Shown: one piece after another, positions 52,590 to 64,000 of the stretch
How the letters are laid out: each line of letters opens with the position of its first letter
How positions within the stretch are numbered: position 1 is the first letter of the stretch
From: Octopus vulgaris
Taxonomy: Eukaryota
Direction: 5' to 3'
DNA: 64,000 nucleotides
Assembly (NCBI GenBank): GCA_951406725.2
Contig: OX597824.1
Coordinates: 83,204,001 to 83,268,000 of the forward strand
Made by a program: the position numbers and the translations under genes
Notes under the pieces: model-generated
Told to the model about the DNA's origin: nothing
Database searches by the model: none
The model's input: only the letters and a program-made list of their open reading frames with translations

Positions 52590-53800
52590 ATGGTACGGAC
52601 CCCAGAAGATGTAGAACATGTCAAACAAGCTTTGATATGGAGTCTGAATCACTCTGTTCAGAGGCATTCCACTGAACTTGGCATCGGTAATCAATCGGTA
52701 AGGTGTATTTTGTATGAAAATCTGCATTTCCACCTGCACAAATTGGTTGAAAGCAGGGGACTCTGCACAATGGCTTAACTTTGCACATCAGATGGAAGCA
52801 ATTTTTGAGGCAAATGACAACCTCATTTTGTAAATGAGTGATGAAGCTCATTTTCATTTCAATGGCATGGTGAGTCAACAGAACTGTCGTTGTTGGGCTC
52901 TTGAAAATGCAAGAGAACTCCATGAAGGACCACTGCACAGCCCAAAAGTGACGGTCTGTTGTGCTGTTGGAAAAGCAGCCATCATCGGTCCTTACTTTTC
53001 AGAAGACAATAATGGAAATGAGAAATGCTGTAACTGTGAACTCCAAACATTACACTGAGATGATAAACAATTTCTTTGTGCCTGAATTATGATGCCTATT
53101 CGACGTGTGTGGTTCCACCAGAATGGGACAACTGCCCACATAACCAGAGCATCAATGGACATTCTTCACCCTCTCTACAGTGACCGCCTCATTTCCAGGA
53201 TTGCTGACATTCCTTGGACCCCTCAATCCCCTGATTTATCCATTATCATCATCATCACCATTGCTTAACATCTGCTTTCCATGCTGGCATGGGTTGGACA
53301 GTTTGATTGAGGACTGGTGAGCCAGAGGCTGCACCAGGCTCAATCTGGTCTGGCAAAGTTTCTACAGCTGGATGCCCTTCCTAATGCCAACCACTTCGAG
53401 AGTGTAGTGGGTGCTTTTTACATGCCATTGGCATGAGAGCCAGTCAGGCAGCACTGGCAACAACCACACTTGAGTGATTATTTCTTGTGGGGAAATCTCA
53501 AGGCACTTGTGTATGTGCATAAGCCCCGTACATTGGATGACTTGAAGGAAGCTACTGGCGTGGGAGTTGCCCAAATCGAAAGAGCAATACAGGAGAGAAT
53601 GGAAGCAAACTTCCAAGAACGCCTTCAGAAATACATCAATGAAAATGGACACCACATGATGGATGTTGTTTTCCACACCTGATTTTCACAAATGCAAATT
53701 CAATACAAACACATTGATGTCAATAAAATTCGTTTGCACCTAAAAATCAATGATTTTGTGAATTTTTCAAAAATGTCCGTCCTCTCTGCCCCACCCTGTA
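52590..53800 (+). mobile_element. Decayed DD41D (rosa/Visitor-type) Tc1/mariner-superfamily transposon, 5'-truncated, split by family D (53243-53470)
   Basis: VRTPEDVEHV..; MSDEAHFHFNGMVSQQNCRCW; WFHQNGTTAH...WTPQSPDLS | DYFLWGNLK; hand count gives 41 residues between the 2nd (mutated) and 3rd catalytic positions; 3' end ...ccccaccctg-TA. Confidence 0.88.
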
Positions 53801-53958
53801 CATCTGATAAGGTTCCAGGCTGTTTCTCTCAACCAAATTTCACTCACAAGGCCTTTGATGACTTCAGGCTGTGTCTAAAATGCAGCTCAGTAAAAATGAA
53901 CCTGGAACCATCTGGTTGTAAAGTGAACTATTTAATCTCTCTCTCTCTCTCTCTCACA

Positions 53959-54001
<43 letters not shown>

Positions 54002-54258
54002 ACATGAAAGCCTCAGCTGCGAGAAGTAAAATTGTAAGGATGCAAACATATTTGTTCTACACTTCTGATGTAGGGAAAAAAGAAGATCCCTCTTACAACA
54101 CAACAACAGGGCAGAATGAATTTCCGCTCACAGCTAATCCTTTCAAATACTCACATTTATTTCAGTTTTCTAATTCATTCTGTGTCATGCATAATATATG
54201 TGTAAAATTTATTCCAGCATAATAAATACACACACACACACTCACACACATATATATG

Positions 54259-54341
<83 letters not shown>

Positions 54342-54343
54342 TT

Positions 54344-54523
54344 ACATAAAAAGCACCCACTACATCACGGAGTGGTTGGCGTTAGGAAGGGCATCCAGCT
54401 GTAGAAACACTGCCAGATAAGACTGGAGCCTGGTGCAGCCTTCTGGCCTCCCAGATCCCCGGTCGAACCGTCCAACCCATGCTAGCATGGAGAACGGACG
54501 TTAAACGATGATGATGATGATGA
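54344..54523 (+). mobile_element. Retroposon family D (5'-truncated, young)
   Basis: taaaaagcacccactac...ggacgttaaacg(atg)n. Confidence 0.9.
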
Positions 54524-54580
54524 TATATATATATAATGTATGTATGTATGTATGTATATATGTATGTATATATATATATG

Positions 54581-54612
<32 letters not shown>

Positions 54613-54831
54613 TGCATGTGTTTGTGACAGTTGCTTATAAAGTTTCATTGTACAGATTCTCCTCTAACTATATCAGATTGTGTTTAGCCATTATATAACA
54701 TATACCCAGATGTGTTAGGAACCCACATTACTATATAATTATATATATAATACAAACACACACACACACACATACATATATGAATACATACACACAAACA
54801 CGCGCATGTACACAGCCACATACACATGCAT

Positions 54832-54867
<36 letters not shown>

Positions 54868-55588
54868 GCACACATGCACAAAGGGAAAGCCTATACCTAA
54901 CCAGGCTGTTATAATTTGAATAAGATATCCTTCAGGTTTTACTAATTTCCCCCAAGAAATACATAAACGCTTTGCTTCACCATATTTCATGTGAAATTGG
55001 TACTTTCTGCCAATGTGAAGAATATGGCACTTGACTAGAAATTTAGCATTCAAGGACTATTGTATACTTAAAAACCTTCGCATGAAAATACTGGAGGGTT
55101 ATGAATAGTGGTAAGAACTGAAAGGAGAAGGTCCTGCAAAGCCCGTGTCTGAAATTACAGAAAGGAAAAGAGTATTTAGGTTTGTTTATTTACAGTCTGT
55201 GAGTCTATATTGGACAAAATGAAATGACCAAGGAATGGAGTTGGAAAGCGTAGAAGTTAAACAATTAACCAGATATAATCAGTGGGTTTTGACAAGATAG
55301 TAATTATATTTAGCACCCCACCCCCGTTCAGTACTTGATCCAGTAGGCCTACCATCAAAGACATAATGATTGCGATAATCACATCTTCTTCTACCGTTTC
55401 CACCCCATTCCCACCACCCAAAAAACCATGTATAAAATTTTACTTTCTAAAATGCATTCATATTTTTTTTCTTTATGTTTTACACTTTACCATTCAGATT
55501 ACTCTACTATAGCCACAGACCAACTAAAAGCCTTGTGAGTGGATTTGATAGATGGAAACTGAAAGAAGCCTGTCATATATATGTGTGT

Positions 55589-55815
55589 TTAACCCTTTAG
55601 TGTTCAGATTATTCTATCAAACATAATGCTTATTGATTCACATTGATTTGAATTAATCATGCATTATCTCATATCTCCAAGATGTTGATGGTGTAATTAC
55701 TTAATGTAGAATAACATTGTAGGGTAGGTGTGAGAGCCTGGATCTGGTCAGTTTGAGTATAAAACAGATTAAATATTTTGGCCGGATATGGCCAGTTTAA
55801 ATACTAAAGGGTTAA
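55589..55815. mobile_element. piggyBac-like MITE
   Basis: TTAA-ccctttagt ... actaaaggg-TTAA. Confidence 0.83.
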
Positions 55816-56019
55816 ATTTAATACTGCCTGAATTGTCTACTGTATATACTTGCAGATAGGTCACAATTTTTACCAAAAATTTCAATAAAAATCAGGGGTG
55901 TGACCTACCTCTTGACATCACAGGGATCTGAAGAAGACAGAGCATATCAGTAGCCGAGTTGATTTATCAATTAGGCTACTTTCATAAAGTCACTTCCACA
56001 AAAATGTTTTAATATTTGT

Positions 56020-56416
56020 AACTCTTTTACTCTCTTACTTGTTTCAGTCATTTGACTGCGGCCATGCTGGAGCACCGCCTTTAGTTGAGCAAGTCAATCC
56101 CAGGACTTAATCTTTGTAAGCCTAGTACTTATTCTATCGGTCTCTTTTGCAGAACCGCTAAGTTACGGGGACGTAAACACACTAGCATCGGTTGTCAAGC
56201 AATGCTGGGGGGGACAAACACAGACACAAACATATATATATGCATATATACAAGGGGCTTCCTTCAGTTTCTGTCTACCAAATCCACTCACAAGGCTTTG
56301 GTTGGCCTGAGGCTATAGTAGAAGACACTTGCCCAAGGTGCCACACAGTGGGACTGAACCTAGAACCATGTGGTTGGTAAGCAAGCTACTTACCACACAG
56401 CCACTCCTGCGCCTAT
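56020..56416 (-). mobile_element. SINE family B, full length
   Basis: Near consensus. Confidence 0.92.
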
Positions 56417-58548
56417 AATTTTGTAAGCAAAGTTTTGAAATAAAGGTGCATATTTAATAAATATTAGTTATAATTATAATTACAAGTCAACCGCAAATGC
56501 CTACTCTGACAACCCCAAACCAAGGGTGCAACCTATCCACAAGTAAATGAATACGGTGTACCAAATTTTTAAAAGATAAGTTTAAAATATGGGAACTCTT
56601 TTGGGAAAAAAAAACAATTTTGCTCTCAATCACTTTTTCTGATCTTTTATTTTTATAAGACAGGCTTCTTTCAGTTTCTCTCTTCCAAATCCACTTACAC
56701 AGCTTTGGTTCGCCCAAGGCTCTAAGAGAAGATACTTGCCAAAAGTTCGACACAGAGGAATTGAACCCAGAACAATGCAGTTGGGAAGCAAGCTTCTTAC
56801 CACACAGCTACGCCTTTACCTATAAGTGTTTTTTTTTTTTTTGGTTTGTTTGTTTTTTTTTAAGATTGACATTTACGATAAGAATTTGACAATGGATGTA
56901 AAAGGAAAAGTTATTTATAAGGCTTGTATAGAAACTGGAAAAGTACATATGCACTAATAAATAGAGGTAAGTTTAAGCATCTCAAATTCTACTTATTATA
57001 GATTTATATATACAGCTGGTAAGTCTGTTTTTCGGCGGTTGGTCTGGTTTTGGGTGATTGATCTGTTTCTGGGTGATAGGTTTGCTGTCCAATGTAATAC
57101 CATCATCTGGGACTTGGGTGTTTTCAATGGAGGTTATTCTGTTGTAAGAATTCAGAGCAAGCACCTCAGGCCCTTGCATACCAACCTACCCTTGTTTTTC
57201 TAGCACATGCTCAGGCTTAACAGCAACCCCATTACCAATAAAGCAGGACCAGCAAAGATTATGGGTACTACCCCCTCTGCCTTGGTTTTCTTTGGTAATA
57301 AAAAAAAAAAAATTATGTTAAATATTTGATTGTATAATATTTCCTAACAACATGTGTTAAAAGGATTCTGTTGCATTTAAAGAAGGTCATCTTCATCACC
57401 ATCATCATCATTTATTTAAGTAAACAAAGAAAAGCTGACACACCCAGAATAGAAGAAAATAAAAACTAGGGCCCAATGAAACTTGAGGTGGTCTGGGTTG
57501 GCAAAAAAAAAAATAATTAGAGAAAAATCGGTAAAGTTTGTGTGCCATGGTGGCAATCAGACTGATTCGTGTTTGTAAATGAAAGTGTAGTAGAAAGCAA
57601 ACACTTCCTCCACAGACATGACAAGCAACCGAGTTATGTTAACAGTGATATCATGCATAAAGTTTGCAATTATCATAAACAGGCATATGGATTTGTAATG
57701 TATGTGGAGAGAAGAATAAGCACGTGAAGCTTCTCCTGATATGCAGATAAGCATGTGATTTAATAAGAGATGCTTTATTTGTAATTAAACAATCAACGAA
57801 CAAAAAACAGTCAATGATTGCCCAATAAACAGCAAACAGCAGAAATTAGCAGCTAGGCATAATGGAGAGAGAGAGAGAGAGAGTAAAAGAGAGAATGAGA
57901 CAGAGAGAGAGAGAGCAGGAGGAGGGGAGAGCAAGGGGAGGGGAGAGCAAGAGGAGGGGAGAGCAGGAGGTGGGAGAAAAATCTATACTGACAATAGAAA
58001 AGACCTGAATAATATCAATAATTATGACAATCTCTCCAAGAGCCATTAATAAAACAGTATTTCTACATGTGAATAACATTGATTGAATAACGGAAGAGGG
58101 TTGAAGAAACAGAATAAATCAACTTTCAATGATTTATTTACAAATATTGTTTGCATTCTGTCCACTTCCTTTACTGATAACCACTGCCCATTGAAGACAC
58201 TAAAACAGTAGATCAGCATTTCCTATCTGGGGTTCAACAGAAGCCAAGGGTTTCGTGAGAGGCTGTCAGGGGCTCTTCAAACAATTGTGATATATAGGCT
58301 AATTATATGTAAAAACATTTTGAGTCAATTGCATATTTAATTCTATTGTTGTCACAACCATGTGGTTTGGGGTTCAATCCCACCACACAGCACCTTGGGC
58401 AAGTGTTTTCTAGTATTGCCCCAAGACAACAAAAAATTTGTCAGTGAATTTAGTAGATGGCAACTGAAAGCTCATTGTATGTGTAAATAAATATATATAT
58501 ATATATATATATATAAAGGAAAATAAGACATGTTATTTTTCTACCTTC

Positions 58549-58599
<51 letters not shown>

Positions 58600-58630
58600 T
58601 ATTTTTCTACCTTATATATAGGTATATATA

Positions 58631-58665
<35 letters not shown>

Positions 58666-58789
58666 GTATGTATATATATCATCGTCATCATTTAACATCT
58701 GCTTTCCATGCTGGCAGGGATTGGACGTTTTGAGTGAAAACTATTAAGCTGGAGAGCTGCATTAGGTTCATACACACACACATACACAT

Positions 58790-59270
58790 GACAGGCTTCT
58801 TTAAGTTTTCGTCTGCCAAATCCACTCACAAGGCTTTGGTGAGCTTGAGGCTATAGCAGAAGACACTCGCCCAAGGTGCCATGCAGGCTGGTTCTGGATG
58901 AAAGATACAGACACATAAATGAATCATTGTTGGATGGAACACAACAAGGTTCTGGCATGTTGCCTTATGAGTAAGATATATTGTGATTAAGAATGAAGCT
59001 TGCTTCCCATGTGGTTGGGAAGGATGCTTCTTACCACACAGCCACTCCTGTGCCTGTGTATGTGTGTGTGTGTGTGTGTGTGTATCTGTGTTTGTCCCCC
59101 CAACATCGCTTGACAACCGATGCTGGTGTGTTTACATCCCCGTAACTTAGTGGTTCAGCAAAGAGACTGATAGAATAAGTACTTACAAAGAATAAGTCCT
59201 GGGGTCGATTTGCTCGACTAAAGGCAGCGCTCCAGCATGGCTGCAGTCAAATGAGTGAAATAAGTAAAAG
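58790..59270. mobile_element. Rearranged SINE-B pieces (minus-strand head 58790-59055 with insert; plus-strand tail 59060-59270)
   Basis: Direct matches to the B consensus in both orientations. Confidence 0.8.
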
Positions 59271-60143
59271 ATGCACACATACGCATACATATATATGCAT
59301 ATAGAGACATACGTATAGAGACAAATACAAGGAAACTACAAACGCATATGTATACAACGGGCTTCCACACAGTTTCCATTGCCATATTCATTTACAAGGT
59401 ATTGCCCCACTTGGAGCTGTAGGAGACACTTGCCCAAGGCGTCACACAATAGGAGTGACCCTGAAATCACATGGTTGCCAAGCGAGCTTATTTAACCACA
59501 GTCATGCCTAAAATTCTTGCATAGAACAATTCAAAACAGGGAACATTTTGCATCAAAGAAGCAGATATGATCACAGATGGATTGCTACGAAGAATGGCTA
59601 AGAATTAGTTTATATTAGTTCAATTAAAAGATTGGTTCTGGATACAGAAGAAATACAAGTAGCGCAGGGGAATAAAACGGTAAGAGATTCTACACAATGG
59701 TTTCATTCTTAGTCACAGTATCTTACTAATAAGGCAACATGCCAGAACCTTGTTGTGTTCCATCCAACAATGATTCATTTATGTGTCTGCATCTTTCATC
59801 CAGAACCAGCCTGCCGAAGGTTAAGCAATACAGCAATATACATCAAATCACAATTAATCATGATTCCATACAGCACTTTCTACACACGATCATATGCAAC
59901 GCATTATATACACTATTTCTAAGTAAATAGCAAAAAAAAAAAAAAAAAAAAAAAATACTGTATTAACCCTTTAATGTCTGTTGTTAATAATTCTTTCTAA
60001 TGCCTGTTATTAATAATTCTTGATGATAATTTTGATACTACACACTCTTATAGAGAGAAAACAACAGAACTGAAAGCTTGGATGAGCTCTAAGGATTTTT
60101 CCACACGAACACATGCAGACAAACAGACGGATAGGCAGATATA

Positions 60144-60274
60144 CAGGGTGTCCCAAAAAAATGTATACACACCTTAAATAATTGTAAATTTGTTATTCTT
60201 TGTAAGCCTAGTACTTATTCTATCGTTCTCTTTTGCCGAACCACTATGTGTATACATTTTTTTGGGACACCCTG
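60144..60274. mobile_element. Tc1/mariner-type MITE (131 bp)
   Basis: Perfect 28-bp TIRs cagggtgtcccaaaaaaatgtatacaca, flanked by TA. Confidence 0.92.
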
Positions 60275-60492
60275 TATATATATATATATATATATATAAT
60301 AGTAATATGTTACAAAAAGAAAATAGAAACTACACATGGTAATGTAAGGGGAAATTAAGAAAAATAAACTAAAATGCACCGAGTTGTACACATATATATG
60401 CATACACATATGGTCACACACGTTTGACACACACAAACACTTAAACACACGTGTCAGGTGATCACCACCACTACCACCACCTCCACTGTGTG

Positions 60493-60540
<48 letters not shown>

Positions 60541-60594
60541 ATCATGCAGATAGATGTATACATATATGTACACACATCCACACACATACATACA

Positions 60595-60650
<56 letters not shown>

Positions 60651-60696
60651 CATACATACATTCACACAGATGTATACATATATGTACACACACATC

Positions 60697-60734
<38 letters not shown>

Positions 60735-61364
60735 CATTCACACAGACATATATACATACATATACACAGACACACGTGCAGATAAATTATAGATAGATAC
60801 AGATAGACAGATACAAAGAGAGTCGGAGACAAATAGACACACATAGACAAACAGAGAATTTGATTATTTTTTAATATTAAACATTCACTCTTTACCATTA
60901 AATATGCGGGGGGAAAAAAATCAATAAATATTTTGTTTTGTTTTTTATTGCCTTGCATATTGATAATTTAGGAGTTATAAGGGTTAAAACAACACGGGAA
61001 GATGAATGTAAACAATTGTCTATGCATGTTTGAAAGATGAGAACAGAAAGAATTTTGTATGACGATGGGTGGTGGGTAGAATATTAATTAAACTTTCACA
61101 GAATAGTTTTAAGATTTCTTTGTTATTTGGAAGGTAATTTTTTTTTTTTAAATTTGTTCTTTTTTTTTATTTTGTCTTGTTTTGTTTTAGAGCAGAGATT
61201 TTTATGAAAGCATGGCATAGCTAAATAATATAGTTTCCTGCAACAGGAAAAACTGCAGCCACACAAAACTAGATTACAAAATAACCATGACATGCAGACA
61301 TGCCAGTAAATAGGAAAAAGCAGAAATGCAAACAAACAAGCCAGGCAGAATGAAATGAGCAATG

Positions 61365-61592
61365 TGAGAAAGAAAGAAAGAAAGAAAGAATGAAAGAAAG
61401 AAAGAAAAGAAGGAAAGAAAAGAAAGAAGGAAAGAAAAGAAAGAAGGAAAGAAAAGAAAGAAAGAAAGAAGGTAGGTAGGAAGGAAGGAAGGAAGGAAAG
61501 AAAGAAAGAAAGAAAGAAAAAATACATAAAATCAATAGCTGGAGCAGCCAAGATATTGTGATTCCATCCATCCATCCATCCATCCATCTATC
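61365..61592. repeat. (GAAA)/(GGAA) and (CCAT)n microsatellites
   Basis: Direct reading. Confidence 0.93.
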
Positions 61593-61979
61593 CACCATCC
61601 TCATCCTCAACAAATAATGCACAAGGGCCACCTCGCTTGTCAGTCAGGTATCAGAACAGACTTCAACACCTGAAGCAATGAAGTAACGGTGTTTAATTAA
61701 AATTATAAGCTTGTTTTATCTAATTTCTTCCACCACCGCCGCCACAACCACCAGCATCATACACCCCTAACCTTCTACAAAAACTAGGTCAAACAAAAAG
61801 GAGAAAGCTACTTTATCAAGGAATAGTGAAAAGATTACTGATCAATCAGATAACTCCCAGCTCATGGATTTAGGGTGAGATTGTGTGTAATCACACAATC
61901 TAAGAGAAATCACTACCAAATCTCCATGAAATCATACCCTAAAGTCTAAAAAAAATATTTTAAAAAACCCAACATACTG

Positions 61980-62375
61980 AGGCATAGGAGTGGCTGTGTG
62001 GTAAGTAGCTTGCTTACCAACCACATGGTTCCATGGTTAAGTGCCACTGCATGGCACCTTCAGCAGTGCATTCTACTATAGCCTCGGGCTGACCAAAGCT
62101 TTGTGAGTGGATGATTTGGTAGACGGAAACTGAAAGAAACCCGTCGTATATATGTATATATGTGTGTGTGGGTGTGTGTGTGTGTATCTGTGTTTGTCCC
62201 CCAACATTGCTTGACAACCGATACTGGTGTGTTTACATCCCCGTAACTTAGCGGTTCGGCAAAGAGACTGATAGAATAAGTACTGGGCTTACAAAGAATA
62301 AGTCCTGGGGTCGATTTGCTCGACTAAAGGCAGTGCTCCAGTATAGCCACAGTCAAATGACTGAAACAAGTAAAA
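61980..62375 (+). mobile_element. SINE family B, full length
   Basis: Head to tail. Confidence 0.92.
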
Positions 62376-62418
62376 AATGCACACATACACATGCATACAT
62401 TTATATATACATATATAC

Positions 62419-62652
62419 CTATTTCTTTACTACCCACAAGGGGCTAAACACAGAGCAGACAAACAAGGACAGACAAACGGATTAAGTCGATTATATCGAC
62501 AACAGTGCGTAACTGGTACTTATTTAATCGACCCCGAAAGGATGAAAGGCAAAGTCGACCTCGGCGGAATTTGAACTCAGAACGTAGCGGCAGACAAAAT
62601 ACCGTTAAGCATTTCGCCCGGCGTGCTAACGTTTCTGCCAGCTCACCGCCTT
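62419..62652 (-). mobile_element. SINE family C
   Basis: Full length, in an (AT)-rich target ending atac. Confidence 0.92.
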
Positions 62653-63259
62653 GTATGTATATATATGTATGTGTGTATATATATATATATATATGTATGT
62701 GTATATATATGTGTATGTGTAGGTATATATGTGTGTATATATATATATGTACGTGTGTGTATATATGTATGTGTGTATATATATATGTGCGTGTGTGTAT
62801 ATATATATGTGCGTGTGTATATATATATGTGCGTGTGTATATATATACATACACATACATATATATATATATACACATATATATATATATACACATACAT
62901 ATATATACATACATACATATACATACATATATATACATACATATACATACATACATATACATACATATATATACATACATATACATACATACATATACAT
63001 ACATACATATACATACATACATATACATACATATACATACATACATACATATATATAACCATATATACATATATATATACACATGCATATATATATATAT
63101 ATACCCATATATACATATATATACACATGCATATATATATATACACATGCATATATATATATATACACACATGCATATATATATATATACACATGCATAT
63201 ATATATATATACACACATACATACATATATATACACATATACATATATATATATACACA

Positions 63260-63303
<44 letters not shown>

Positions 63304-63445
63304 CATATATGCATGCATGCATATACACATATACATATATATATGCATGCATATATACACATATATATATGAAAAAATATATATATATATATATATGCAT
63401 GCATGCATGTATGTATCCATCCATACATCCATCCATACATACATG
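62653..63445. repeat. ~800-bp alternating purine-pyrimidine (TA/TG/CA) tract
   Basis: Direct reading; source of the 250-330 aa pseudo-ORFs. Confidence 0.97.
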
Positions 63446-64000
63446 ATTGGTTTCTTTTAGTTTCAGTCTACCTAACTCACAAACAAGGCCATGATTGGCC
63501 CAGGGCTATAACAGAAAGACACTTGCCCAAGATGCTACTTAGAAGGGCTGAACTTCGAAGCCACATGGTTGGGAAGCAAGATTCTCTACCACACAGCCAT
63601 GCCTACACCTATATCTGAGGGGGAAAAAAATACAAGACAAGTAGGTCACAGTTGGTACATTTTCCACCATAGATTTTCTGGATCATGTTTGACTTGGGGC
63701 TAAACATCAGCAACAATAGAGTTTTCAACTTCAGATCTCACCAGGAATATTTGGAGAAAAGACGCACAATAAAAGGAAAACATAATATAAGCTAAGAAAA
63801 ATTTTTTAAAGTTACTATAAAACATCAAAGATCAGATAACTAGGTTAACAAGACAGGAAACACAGCAGTCCTCCAGTGCTAAATAAAAATACCAAGGCCT
63901 TTTGAGAAAAAAAGTATTGTCACGTTTTGGAAACAATGTTTGAATGACAGAAGAATTTAACATATTTACTTTTGATTAGACATTATGAAACCAAAAAAAA

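Noticed and set aside
58225-58285. hAT-like subterminal motif ggggttc...ccaagggtttcgtgag
   Set aside because: Too short and degenerate; no matching end.
62444-63460. Longest ORFs (249-330 aa)
   Set aside because: Translations of TA/TG/CA microsatellite open in several frames on both strands; no protein signal.

Overview
This is AT-rich, repeat-saturated eukaryotic non-coding DNA, either intergenic or a very large intron. The SINE set and microsatellite load look like a coleoid cephalopod (Octopus-like); that is inference from recognition and was not checked against a database. I find no intact protein-coding gene, rRNA, true tRNA or CRISPR array, and nearly all listed ORFs are translated microsatellites or SINE bodies. 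The content falls into five groups. (1) Short retroposon families with working labels of my own: A, B, C and E have tRNA-like heads, D is headless with tandem hairpin modules, and F is old and degenerate. (2) 5'-truncated RTE and CR1-like LINE ends. (3) Three decayed Tc1/mariner-superfamily transposons, including a full-length mariner with both TIRs split by SINEs and a DD41D element. (4) Two non-autonomous Helitrons. (5) TA- and TTAA-type MITEs. The most interesting signals are mechanistic: SINE heads and tails swapped as modules (one tail carries a coding-like polyQ cargo), SINE-C concatemers with the same junction at three loci, locally templated patchwork insertions, a MITE that captured a SINE piece, a 180-bp foldback, and a degenerate Penelope-type hammerhead motif. 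Coordinates were read by eye and may be off by a few bases.
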